Below, piece by piece: positions 39,577-48,808 of a stretch of 64,000 nucleotides of DNA. How positions within the stretch are numbered: position 1 is the stretch's first letter; each line of letters begins with the position of its first letter. Location: assembly GCA_001794055.1 (NCBI GenBank), contig MGJB01000015.1, positions 4,264-68,263 of the forward strand, given 5' to 3'. The notes beneath the pieces were generated by a model. That model was not told the DNA's origin. It saw only the letters and a program-made list of their open reading frames with translations, and made no database searches. The stretch is from Candidatus Yanofskybacteria bacterium RIFCSPHIGHO2_01_FULL_41_26 (GTDB lineage: Bacteria > Patescibacteriota > Minisyncoccia > 2-02-FULL-40-12 > GWA2-44-9). Both the position numbers and the translations under genes were made by a program.

Positions 39577-41022
39577 TTACCAGCTTCCAGAAGCGCCTCC
39601 GCCACCGAAACTGCCTCCTCCAAAACCGCCAAAACTGCTTGAACCTGATGAGCTGGAAGATGACCAGTTTGAAGAATTTGAGTAGTTTGAACTACTACTA
39701 TAAGAATTTCGCTTCGGCCTGGGATGTCGTTTTTCTTCGGCATCTTCTTTGTCCGACTTGGCCTTCGATTTGGCGCTTGCTACAAGCGCCATTGCCTCGG
39801 CAAACAGAGCGACCACTAGAAGCCAGTTGACCGACTGGTTATCGGCCGCACTTCTAGCCTTCCGATATTTGTCTTCGGCTTGATCAAGATACTTGCGGCT
39901 TCTGTCTTTCACATCTTTATGTTCCAATTCTTTCCGAGCTGCCTTGATGGAATCGGGAACCGAATCAATTAATTTCGAGCTTGTGGCCTTAGCGTCATTT
40001 ACTTCCTGAATTTTATTTGTAATTGCTTCAAGGAGTCCCGAGGACGTCGAGATCGCCGTGAGTAGTGTCACGATTTTGTTGTAAATCGTTTCCGAGTTCA
40101 TCCGATCGGAACTTCGATGCTCTTCCTGCAGTAATGCCAGTTTCTTTTTTTGACTTTCAAGATCTGCAGGCAACTTATTCAGGCGATTTTCAAGATTTGA
40201 CCAAACTTCTTTTGGATTGGTCTTTTGAAGTTGCTCTAGTTTTTCACGAGCTTTTGGAATTTTTTGTTCAGCTTCTTTGATATAATTTTCGCAATTCACG
40301 AGTGAGCGGATATTTTCATCATAAATATTTTTTAGATATTTTCGCCGAATCTCCGCTTTATAGATAAAAATTCCAATTACTATTAGCACAATAATTGCCA
40401 GTCCCGTTGGAATAGCAATACTAAGAAATGCCGCCACTTGTTCGTCCTGAAGCTTCTGTTCGGCGGCCGCCTTCTCTGCGGCAATTTTTCTTTCTTCAAG
40501 GCGTGCCTCAAAGGGCTTAATGCCTAGATTGGTCAGAATTGCATCAATACCAGCCATAATACCCTTGGTCAATTTGGCGTTCTTGGCTGCTGTAGGCAAA
40601 TCGACCGATTCCTTAAAATAAGGAATTATTATGTCTCTGATAATCCGTCCGCTTTGGACATCGGTTAGATCTGATTCCATTCCATATCCGACTTCAATCC
40701 TCATTTTTCTTTCATTAGGAGCAACCAGTAACACAACACCATTATCCTTCTTTTTATCTCCAACGCCCCACGACTGGGCCAGTCCGAGAGTGTAATCCTC
40801 CACGGTCTCACCTTCCAAAGACAGAACTGTTACTACAGCCACTTCAATAGATGTTTTTTCGCGATAATCCCGAAGTCGTGTTTCGGTCTGCTGTTTGGTC
40901 TCGGCTGACATTATATTCGCAAAGTCGTTCACATATCCGACTGGCTTAGGATAGTTCGGAACAGCAAATGCAATTGCGGCCACAATAACAAAACAAACCA
41001 TCAGAAAGCTTTTCTTAGCCAT
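39577..41022 (-). CDS. TPM domain protein with long coiled-coil insertion
   Basis: TPM N-domain, TM, ~200-aa helical region, Ser/Gly tail GGGGASGSW. Confidence 0.9.
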   Translation of the reverse strand: MAKKSFLMVCFVIVAAIAFAVPNYPKPVGYVNDFANIMSAETKQQTETRLRDYREKTSIEVAVVTVLSLEGETVEDYTLGLAQSWGVGDKKKDNGVVLLVAPNERKMRIEVGYGMESDLTDVQSGRIIRDIIIPYFKESVDLPTAAKNAKLTKGIMAGIDAILTNLGIKPFEARLEERKIAAEKAAAEQKLQDEQVAAFLSIAIPTGLAIIVLIVIGIFIYKAEIRRKYLKNIYDENIRSLVNCENYIKEAEQKIPKAREKLEQLQKTNPKEVWSNLENRLNKLPADLESQKKKLALLQEEHRSSDRMNSETIYNKIVTLLTAISTSSGLLEAITNKIQEVNDAKATSSKLIDSVPDSIKAARKELEHKDVKDRSRKYLDQAEDKYRKARSAADNQSVNWLLVVALFAEAMALVASAKSKAKSDKEDAEEKRHPRPKRNSYSSSSNYSNSSNWSSSSSSGSSSFGGFGGGSFGGGGASGSW

Positions 41023-41492
41023 TATCTGCTACCTCCCACAATAACCTCATCGGACAACTCATCAACGTCGTCATTTCTTCTTGGGAAATATTTCGCCAAT
41101 TGTCTTCCTATGCTTTCCACAACAGCACAAATTCCAACATGGAAGTTTCCATCTTTGAAATAAAGAGTCATAGCTTTTGCCATATTATCCCAGTATCCCT
41201 GCGGAAGCTTGGAATAAATTCCAGAGTCTCCAAGAATAGTGAATGTCCTCTCGTTCAAAACAATAAGAATCAGTATTCCTGTCTTATCGCGAGTTTTATG
41301 CATACCCGCCGTTTCAAAATCTCGAACGGCCTGTTCATGAACTCTGCCCATCAGATCATGATCACAGTCAAGAATAATCTCGACACGGATTTCTCCTGAA
41401 GTTTGCTTCTCGGCTTTGACAATAGTTGTTTCAATCTCCTTGAGCTGATCAGCAGAAAAATAATCTAGAACTTGTTGTTGTTTTTCAGACAT
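41022..41492 (-). CDS. Short TPM domain protein
   Basis: AEKQTSGEIRV, TRDKTGILI, ILGDSGI, DELSD. Confidence 0.9.
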   Translation of the reverse strand: MSEKQQQVLDYFSADQLKEIETTIVKAEKQTSGEIRVEIILDCDHDLMGRVHEQAVRDFETAGMHKTRDKTGILILIVLNERTFTILGDSGIYSKLPQGYWDNMAKAMTLYFKDGNFHVGICAVVESIGRQLAKYFPRRNDDVDELSDEVIVGGSR

Positions 41493-42115
41493 TACTTTCT
41501 CAAGTCTCTAAAGTCCACCTTGGGAGCTTTATTGGCGCCTTCTTCGGCTTTAAAGTACGGAAACACTTCAAAACCAAACCAATTAGCGACAAGATTGGTC
41601 GGGAAAACATTTCTTGTCGAATTATAATCAGCGGCCGATTTGTTATAACGCATCCGTTCAACAGAAATTCGATTTTCGGTCCCTTCAATCTGATCCTGTA
41701 GCCTTAGAAAATTTTCGTTGGCTTTGAGTTCTGGGTACTTTTCCATTACCACCATCAGCCGCGTCATTGCGCTTGAAAGTTCGCCTTGCGTCTGCTGGAA
41801 CTGGGCCAGAGCCGCGGCATTTGGTATCTGGTCTGCCTTTATATTTACCTGGCCAACTTTTGCTCGAGCTTCGGTTACGGCAACAAAGGTTTCATTTTCA
41901 TGAATTGCATAACCGCGTGCTGTTTCCACAAGGTTCGGCACCAAATCCGCCCTGCGCTGATAGACGTTTTCAACCTGTCCCCAGCTAGCCCTGGTTGCTT
42001 CACTTTTGGTGACAAGAGTGTTATAAGAATTCAAAACAGTTCCCCCTACGGCACAACCACCGATAAGAATAGCCGCGACAATTACGCCAACAACCCCAAG
42101 TGTCCATTTGCCCAT
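41492..42115 (-). CDS. LemA family protein (copy 2)
   Basis: YQRRADLVPNLV, EKYPELKANENF, EGTENRISVER; SD before ATG at 42115. Confidence 0.95.
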   Translation of the reverse strand: MGKWTLGVVGVIVAAILIGGCAVGGTVLNSYNTLVTKSEATRASWGQVENVYQRRADLVPNLVETARGYAIHENETFVAVTEARAKVGQVNIKADQIPNAAALAQFQQTQGELSSAMTRLMVVMEKYPELKANENFLRLQDQIEGTENRISVERMRYNKSAADYNSTRNVFPTNLVANWFGFEVFPYFKAEEGANKAPKVDFRDLRK

Positions 42116-42316
42116 GTGGTTTTCTTCTCCTGTTTTTGTTAAAGATCCATTTGGCAGGGTTCGGAATGAACTCTGCACACCTTGGATATAATAAATGAAT
42201 AAGTGGTTTTTGTCAAAATAAATTCCCAGAAAGAGCCAATTATTTATTATGCTTTAGTTTATATATCGCTAAGAATTATTAAGGTATTTAATAATGTTTA
42301 TAATTCTTTAATAATC

Positions 42317-42979
42317 TTAGATATCCCCACGGTATTTAGAGATTCCATTTGCCCATCCAGAGATTTGCCTAGCTAACATCGAACTTCCTTTCACTCTAAC
42401 CCTTAGAAGACTGCGTTTTGATTTTTTTAAGACGTAATAACGTGAAAAATTTGCTTGAGAAAATCCGGTTACATTGGCCCAGTAATCAACAGCTTCGTTT
42501 AATAGCTTCGGGCTATTTTTCCCAATATAAACATCCAGACTAATTTCTTCTTTCTTGACTCTTCCAATACCCTCAAGCCACTTCAAAAATAATTTTATTA
42601 AGTTGGGATCAGAACTTGTAAACCGGACTCCCTTTTTTAAATCACTATCTTGTTTGTTCAATAACCTTTCCCTCCAATATAAGACGACTCCCATCAGCCA
42701 CAATTCTCTTTTGGAAATTTGTCCAATATCTTTAGCGGAGGTTTTTTGTATCTCCTCAATTGCTTTGTGGGTTTTTAAAGTTCTTATTTTTGAACCTCTT
42801 TGAACTGCCTCAATTCTCTTTTTTTTCAATCTTACCAGCTGGGGTTCAGACAATTTTATGCCCCGAAACCAGTAAGAAAGAGTTGATTTTGGAACAGAAC
42901 AAAATTTTTGAATTTCTGAATACGAATACCCTCCTTTTCGAAGCTCAGTTGCAAAATCTTTGGGATCAGTTTTTTTCAT
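42317..42979 (-). CDS. HTH protein with LAGLIDADG-like C-terminal region
   Basis: LRKGGYSYSEI...KSTLSYW HTH; LYW....RFTSSDP.LIKLFLKWL pattern. Confidence 0.6.
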   Translation of the reverse strand: MKKTDPKDFATELRKGGYSYSEIQKFCSVPKSTLSYWFRGIKLSEPQLVRLKKKRIEAVQRGSKIRTLKTHKAIEEIQKTSAKDIGQISKRELWLMGVVLYWRERLLNKQDSDLKKGVRFTSSDPNLIKLFLKWLEGIGRVKKEEISLDVYIGKNSPKLLNEAVDYWANVTGFSQANFSRYYVLKKSKRSLLRVRVKGSSMLARQISGWANGISKYRGDI

Positions 42980-43108
42980 ATGAACTAGGCTACTTATTTA
43001 CTACTAACACATTAGCACGGTTCAATAGACCTTGAAAATACCCTTATCCACAGCCAATATCTGAAGCTCTACATTGTTTTATATTTTTTATCTATTTGAA
43101 GTTCAAAT

Positions 43109-43729
43109 TTACTTTTGAATTACAAAGTCCATCCAAATTTTACCGAAAGGATCGTTAAACTTTTTTAAATCTATTATCTTAAAATCGGCTTTTTCGATAG
43201 ATTCTCTCAATTCTTGTTCTGTCCAGAACTTACGAAAACGTTTTTCTTTTTTACTGAAACCTTCTTTGATATACCACCCCTCTTTACTCTCCGATGATTC
43301 AGTAGAGCTGACAAGGGCAACTCCTCCTGATGTTAAAACTGAACTTATTTTTTCAAACATTCCAGGGATTTGTTTTTTTGGAAAAAGGTGAATGAAGGCA
43401 AACGCTAAAACTCCGTTGAATTTTTTACTGAATTCAGTTGTTAGAAAGTCCCCCACTATAATGTCTGATGCGGGGTTTCTTTTGCGAGCGTAGTCAGCCA
43501 TTTTAGAAGAAATTTCTATGCCGGTTGCCTGGAAACCTTTTTTATTTAAAACGCTTATTGCTAAACCGACGCCACACCCAATATCTAGTATTCTCCCATC
43601 AGATTTAATATAGCGCGAAAAATAAGACATCGAGTTTTCTGTAACCGGCCGAAGATCTTCCACTCTGGCTTCATATTCTGCTGATAAGGCATCATAGGTA
43701 TTCTTGTGGATTATTAGAGAATTCTTCAT
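43109..43729 (-). CDS. Class I SAM-dependent methyltransferase
   Basis: ILDIGCGVG, GIEIS. Confidence 0.9.
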   Translation of the reverse strand: MKNSLIIHKNTYDALSAEYEARVEDLRPVTENSMSYFSRYIKSDGRILDIGCGVGLAISVLNKKGFQATGIEISSKMADYARKRNPASDIIVGDFLTTEFSKKFNGVLAFAFIHLFPKKQIPGMFEKISSVLTSGGVALVSSTESSESKEGWYIKEGFSKKEKRFRKFWTEQELRESIEKADFKIIDLKKFNDPFGKIWMDFVIQK

Positions 43730-43770
43730 AAAAATTGGCTTTATTACTGATAAATACGAAATAAATACCA

Positions 43771-44577
43771 CTAGTATCTAGTTCGTGTTTCTACTATTTC
43801 GCAAAATTTCATGGCATTGAGCAGATTGTCTTTTAATATTGCGAATGTATTGGCATGTTTTGTTTCGTCAATAAACCCATTCCCGTAAAGCACAACTTTT
43901 ACTCGCGTCGTAATATCAAAAATAGCAATATATCCCACGAGCTTTAATCTTCCATAAACTTTATCGGACATCCGCGGCCTAAATTCATAACCCTTCAGCT
44001 TTAAAACCGGATTTGAAAGATTAAACGAAGCCGCTATCCAAGCAGAAATAAGTCGAAGTCTCATTGTGTTATAACCGCTTCCAACATCGTCATCTGTGGT
44101 GCAACCAAATTCATAAAGCTGTCCTGAGCGTTGGCCAACTTGAATGTTGCCTAGTGCAATAAAATTCCAGCCCTTAATGGAGGTCACTGGTCTTGGATCA
44201 CCATAGTGTTTCAGCCAACTATTTTGATCGGCAATTGCAAGCTTGAAATGATCTTCCAACGTCCAGATTGCCTTATGTGCCAACTTTATCGTATATCCTC
44301 CCAGCCAAGATTGATATTCAATTGAATTTGGATCGAAGCGAGAAGATTCACCGTTATGGACACTACCCATAGTAAAATAATTTGCCCCTTTTTCTACGTC
44401 AAGCCCGAACCTCTTCCATGTCTTAGTCATTTCACAGGCCATCCAGCCGTTGATATACTCACTGGGAATGTTTTGGAATATTAATTTATATCCAATCTCA
44501 TGCTCCACTTTCCTGAATCTCGGAAGCCAGATAAGCTGAAGAAGCCTAGCTAATTTTTCTAATATGGTCTCGATCAT
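43771..44577 (-). CDS. Hypothetical protein
   Basis: 268-aa ORF coupled to the upstream gene by a 4-nt overlap. Confidence 0.7.
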   Translation of the reverse strand: MIETILEKLARLLQLIWLPRFRKVEHEIGYKLIFQNIPSEYINGWMACEMTKTWKRFGLDVEKGANYFTMGSVHNGESSRFDPNSIEYQSWLGGYTIKLAHKAIWTLEDHFKLAIADQNSWLKHYGDPRPVTSIKGWNFIALGNIQVGQRSGQLYEFGCTTDDDVGSGYNTMRLRLISAWIAASFNLSNPVLKLKGYEFRPRMSDKVYGRLKLVGYIAIFDITTRVKVVLYGNGFIDETKHANTFAILKDNLLNAMKFCEIVETRTRY

Positions 44578-44837
44578 GGCTTGTTGTCAATTTTTGTGGG
44601 TATTTTTCCAAGTATCTTTTTAATCTTGAGTTTATTAAACCACTTCTTCCCTATTATTCGGGCTAGTTTATTCTGGGTTCTCTTTCTGCCAAAAATAATG
44701 AACAACCCCACAAAGAAAAGCCAGGAACCGGGAGTAAACGGCGTCAGTAATGAAATAATCCCCCATAAAATTAAAATGCCAGCCAAGACATCCCGAGAAT
44801 ATTCAACTAATTTTTTATAAAAATTTTTATATTTCAT
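44574..44837 (-). CDS. Small membrane protein (PxPG hairpin type)
   Basis: GILILWGIISLLTPFTPGSWLFFVGL. Confidence 0.65.
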   Translation of the reverse strand: MKYKNFYKKLVEYSRDVLAGILILWGIISLLTPFTPGSWLFFVGLFIIFGRKRTQNKLARIIGKKWFNKLKIKKILGKIPTKIDNKP

Positions 44838-45045
44838 TTCAAAACTCAAAAATAGAAAAATATTGAAAATCCCAGCTTTTAATAACTTTCCAAAATGCAA
44901 CCACCAAATCAACCCTCGGTTTATTTCCGTGTGTCATATTCATACAATGTGGCTGGACTATAGTGTCTAGTATTAGACCAATGAGGGTATTCTAAGGGTT
45001 TTTGGAGGTCTTTTCCAGAGTTATTTTGACCCATCTTGGTCGGAA

Positions 45046-45597
45046 CTATAATTTAAAAATTCTTAGGTTGTTACTATCCTTTCTCTCCTCAATGCTTGTG
45101 TTTTTAACTATCGGCAGAACTAACGATTCCATTTCTCCCTGGCACTCATAATCTGAAATAAAGTATTTTTCAGCTTCTTCCTTTGTACTCTCATCCAGAT
45201 TTATTGCAATCGTAATGTGAGGTTTAAAGTCAATCTCGTATTCTTTGGTGGAGTCGTCCACATAAGTACTATAATCTTTTAGGACCTTCTTTAATTCTTT
45301 CTGTAAATCAACAAGAAAATCATTTTCTTGAGCAATAAGCATGCATATATACTTTCCATCAGATCCTTTATCGACAACTACCTTATCAAAAACTAGCTTC
45401 TTATCAATTAACCTATTATTCTCTATTATTCTAATTATTGAGAATTGTAGATCATTAATCCGATTCTCATCAATATAGCGGGGCTGGATAAGGGTAATGT
45501 GAAGATCAACTGGCTCAAAGTATTTATTCAAAAATTCATCAAACCATTCCGGTTTTTTAGTGAGGCTTACTTTTATATAAACTGCAAATATTTTCAT
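45046..45597 (-). CDS. 2H phosphoesterase (2'-5' RNA ligase-like)
   Basis: Two HxT motifs: LHITL and FKPHITI. Confidence 0.85.
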   Translation of the reverse strand: MKIFAVYIKVSLTKKPEWFDEFLNKYFEPVDLHITLIQPRYIDENRINDLQFSIIRIIENNRLIDKKLVFDKVVVDKGSDGKYICMLIAQENDFLVDLQKELKKVLKDYSTYVDDSTKEYEIDFKPHITIAINLDESTKEEAEKYFISDYECQGEMESLVLPIVKNTSIEERKDSNNLRIFKL

Positions 45598-45621
45598 AAA
45601 TTAAGCATCTCTCCCTAAATA

Positions 45622-46170
45622 TTATTCTAGCTTTTTGGCACCTAGGTTTTGAAAAGACCAAAGTCCATTTTCACTATCATTGGGTGGTTGAAACCAACCT
45701 ACGTGGTGGCTTTTATATTTATTAATATTGTTCTCAAAATAAATATTTAGCCTAATTTCACAAACTGAACTATCTAGATTTTTGTATTGGTTAAGTTCGT
45801 TCACTGGCGGAACTGGCAATGTATAGTATATGCCCTCCTTTGGCGGCAATGATAATTTATATCCGCGGTCGTTTCGACTTATTTTAAGATTGTATTTTTT
45901 ATATGCCCCTGTATCTGGGACAATTTCTGTAATGTACACGGCATGATTGCTACCATTTCGAAGTTGAAACTCCCAACAATAACCATCTCCAAGCTTCCTT
46001 GCTTGTAAAAATACTTCTGCAAACTTTTTTAAATCAAACTGTTGTTTAGAAATACGATATGCAAAAATTCCTATAAAAATTGTAGCTAACGCTGAAACAG
46101 CTTCCCAACTAAAAGTAGAGGCGATAATCCTAAATACAAGATAGTCAATTAGATTAAAGTGATAATACAT
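45622..46170 (-). CDS. Membrane-anchored hypothetical protein
   Basis: N-terminal TM followed by a beta-rich domain; AT-rich. Confidence 0.6.
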   Translation of the reverse strand: MYYHFNLIDYLVFRIIASTFSWEAVSALATIFIGIFAYRISKQQFDLKKFAEVFLQARKLGDGYCWEFQLRNGSNHAVYITEIVPDTGAYKKYNLKISRNDRGYKLSLPPKEGIYYTLPVPPVNELNQYKNLDSSVCEIRLNIYFENNINKYKSHHVGWFQPPNDSENGLWSFQNLGAKKLE

Positions 46171-46209
46171 TTAAATAAGCTTTTAGGTCTACCTCGATAC
46201 TTCCAACCT

Positions 46210-46283
46210 TGGCTGCCAGGCTTGGATTCGAACCAAGATACACGCCTCCAGAGGGCGCGGTCCTACCGTTAGACGACCTGGCA
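46210..46283 (-). tRNA. tRNA-Gln(CTG)
   Basis: TGCCAGG/CCTGGCA acceptor, loop CTCTGGA, GGTTCGAATCC, CCA. Confidence 0.95.
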
Positions 46284-46352
46284 AAATAACTTACTCATTC
46301 TACAACAAAAAAACCGTTTTTCCAACGGTTAATTTGACACCAAAACAAAACC

Positions 46353-47270
46353 TCATATCTTCAAGAATCGTCGAATGGCCACGAAACTTGAAGTCACTCC
46401 AATTAGAATTCCGATAAAGAAAATAAGGGGCACAAATTGGAAAATATTGGAAACAAAATAGCTTATTAAACTAACCCCGGGCATTAACCCTTCTACTTTG
46501 GGCGAGATAAAGAAAATGGCGGGATAGAATAACACTGTCACAACTCCTGCCGCCAATACCCCATACATCCCCCCTTCAACAAGGTAAGGCGCTTTGATGT
46601 GCCAATTAGAACCTCCGACCAAGCGCATTATCTCTATTTCCTGTTTTTGGCTGTAAATAGTAAGCCGAATAGTATTGAAGGTCACCAGAATTGCAATCAA
46701 TGCCAAAGCCATGGTTAACAAAAATCCCCAATTTTGGAGTCCGCCGGCAATGACTTGAACTCTTTTAATAACTTGCTCATTTTCATAAAAATTTATCTTA
46801 TCAACTAAACTCCTAAACTTATTTCCCTCAAGAAAAGTGACAATAGAAGCATATTGAGATGAATCACTCGCCTTTACGTTCAAAGATGCCTGCAGAGGAT
46901 TGTCATTCAATTCTGCTAAAGAATCCTGAACTAAAGCATCTCCGGCATGTCTTGCTTTAAATTCGCTCAAGGCCTGATCTTTTGAAACATATTCAACACT
47001 CTTTACAGCACTCACTGCCTGGAGATCCTTTTTAACTTGGTTTATTTCCTGTTCGGATGCATCGTTTTTGAAGTAAACGCTTACATCCACCTTTTCTTCC
47101 AGATTCGATACAACTTGAGAAGTAAGGTAGTTCAAAGACATCAGTCCGGAAAACAAGAACAGCACTAAAACCATAACGCCAGTGGTGCCCATGCTTAAAT
47201 AAGTATTCCTTTTGAAATTGGTCCAGCCTACATTAAAAACTCTTTTTGCTGTTGATTTAAAATCTTCCAT
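46353..47270 (-). CDS. ftsX: Cell division permease FtsX
   Basis: YVSKDQAL, NPL.AS, NTIRLTI...EIEIMRLVG. Confidence 0.94.
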   Translation of the reverse strand: MEDFKSTAKRVFNVGWTNFKRNTYLSMGTTGVMVLVLFLFSGLMSLNYLTSQVVSNLEEKVDVSVYFKNDASEQEINQVKKDLQAVSAVKSVEYVSKDQALSEFKARHAGDALVQDSLAELNDNPLQASLNVKASDSSQYASIVTFLEGNKFRSLVDKINFYENEQVIKRVQVIAGGLQNWGFLLTMALALIAILVTFNTIRLTIYSQKQEIEIMRLVGGSNWHIKAPYLVEGGMYGVLAAGVVTVLFYPAIFFISPKVEGLMPGVSLISYFVSNIFQFVPLIFFIGILIGVTSSFVAIRRFLKI

Positions 47271-47271
47271 A

Positions 47272-47961
47272 TTAAATTACATATTTACCGTTTTCTACCT
47301 GATCTCTGACTATCTTCCCTTTCTCTATGCTTATAACCCTCCTACCGATAGCGTTTACCACTTCTCTATTGTGAGTAGCTAATATAACGGTCGTACCAAG
47401 TTCATTTATCTTCATCAATAATTTTACCACATCATAAGTATTCACCAAATCCAAATTCCCGGTCGGCTCATCGGCTAATATAATTTTTGGTCGGTGTATC
47501 AAAGCTCTGGCAATCGCTAAACGTTGTTTTTCTCCGCCCGATAATTGATGGGGAAAACTTTTGAGCTTATCCCCCAAACCGACAATTCCCAAAATCTTAG
47601 GGACATCGCTATTTACTTCGTCTTTATCTGCTCCACAAACTTCCATAGCAAAAGCAACATTTTCAAAAGAAGTTTTCGTAGACAAAAGTTTGAAATCTTG
47701 ATATACAGTTCCGATTTTTCTACGAAGCAAAGGAATCGCCTTGGAAGGAATTTCAGACATATTAACGCCGTCTAAAACAATTTCTCCTCGAAACGGCCTT
47801 ATCTCGCGAGTCAAAAGACGAAGTAGGGTTGATTTGCCGGCTCCAGCCGGTCCAATGATAGAAACGAATTCTCCGTCTTTAATATGCAAATTTATTCCGT
47901 TCAGTATCTCTATACTCTCGTCATTATCATAAATTGTAGAAACATCTTTAAATTCTATCAT
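47272..47961 (-). CDS. ftsE: Cell division ATP-binding protein FtsE
   Basis: GPAGAGKS, QDFKLL, LSGGEKQR, ADEPTGNLD. Confidence 0.94.
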   Translation of the reverse strand: MIEFKDVSTIYDNDESIEILNGINLHIKDGEFVSIIGPAGAGKSTLLRLLTREIRPFRGEIVLDGVNMSEIPSKAIPLLRRKIGTVYQDFKLLSTKTSFENVAFAMEVCGADKDEVNSDVPKILGIVGLGDKLKSFPHQLSGGEKQRLAIARALIHRPKIILADEPTGNLDLVNTYDVVKLLMKINELGTTVILATHNREVVNAIGRRVISIEKGKIVRDQVENGKYVI

Positions 47962-48698
47962 TTGTTTTTGGCTTGAATAAATTTATCCAAGTCGCCATCC
48001 AGTATCTTGTCTGGTTGGGACGATTTGATTCCGGTTCTATGGTCTTTAACCATCTGATATGGATTCAAAACATAAGACCTGATCTGGCTTCCCCATTCTA
48101 TCTCACGCCTTTCTGATTTCAATTCGGAAAGTTCTTCTATTTTGGCTTCTTCCATTTTCTGGGCCAGACGAGAAACAAGCACTTGCATGGCTTTTTCTTT
48201 ATTCTGGCCTTGAGACCTTTCCGACTGAACGGCAACTGCAATTCCAGTAGGGATATGGATTATTCTGACGGCAGTCTCCAGTTTGTTTACATTCTGCCCT
48301 CCTGGCCCCGATGAACGGAAAGTATCTATTCTTAAATCGTTAGGATTTATCTTCATGTCTTTGCTTACTAGCTCCGGTAAAATTTCAACCAAAGCAAACG
48401 AGGTGTGCCGAAGCCCTTTAGCTGAAAACGGCGATATTCTGACAAGTCGATGAACACCCGACTCCCCCTTCAGTGTGTCATATGCATTCTCGCCGATAAT
48501 CTCGCAAACAACGTTTTTAACCCCTTTCTGTTCTCCAAAAGATTGGCTAAGAACCGTAAATCCCCAGCCTTTATTTTGAGCATACCGTTGATACATCCTC
48601 AAAAGCATCGATGCCCAATCCTGGGCATCCACGCCTCCGGCTCCAGAATATACATATAAAAGAGCCTTGTTGTGTTCGTATTTCGACATAACACTCAT
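47958..48698 (-). CDS. prfB: Peptide chain release factor 2, lacking N-terminal domain 1
   Basis: GAGG.DAQDW, SPF motif, GPGGQNVN, WGSQIRSY; start at 48698 or 48689. Confidence 0.88.
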   Translation of the reverse strand: MSVMSKYEHNKALLYVYSGAGGVDAQDWASMLLRMYQRYAQNKGWGFTVLSQSFGEQKGVKNVVCEIIGENAYDTLKGESGVHRLVRISPFSAKGLRHTSFALVEILPELVSKDMKINPNDLRIDTFRSSGPGGQNVNKLETAVRIIHIPTGIAVAVQSERSQGQNKEKAMQVLVSRLAQKMEEAKIEELSELKSERREIEWGSQIRSYVLNPYQMVKDHRTGIKSSQPDKILDGDLDKFIQAKNK

Positions 48699-48702
48699 AA
48701 TC

Positions 48703-48731
48703 ATCATACTTCAAAAAAATTTGAATGTGAA
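48703..48731 (-). promoter_or_regulatory. Putative sigma70 promoter of prfB-ftsE-ftsX
   Basis: TTCACA-17 nt-TATGAT immediately before the start codons. Confidence 0.55.
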
Positions 48732-48808
48732 GTGATTATGAAACATTGCCCTAATTTCAATTATATGTTTAATTACCACCAAACGAACCTTAACAACAAG
48801 GGTTCCAG

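Noticed and set aside
31046-43052. DnaA-box matches at 31046-31054, 37982-37990 and 43044-43052
   Set aside because: Isolated single boxes kilobases apart; no cluster or dnaA nearby, so oriC is not supported.
48699-48808. Programmed +1 frameshift exon for prfB
   Set aside because: No CTT-TGA slippery site with an upstream ORF, and the spacer is too short to encode domain 1.
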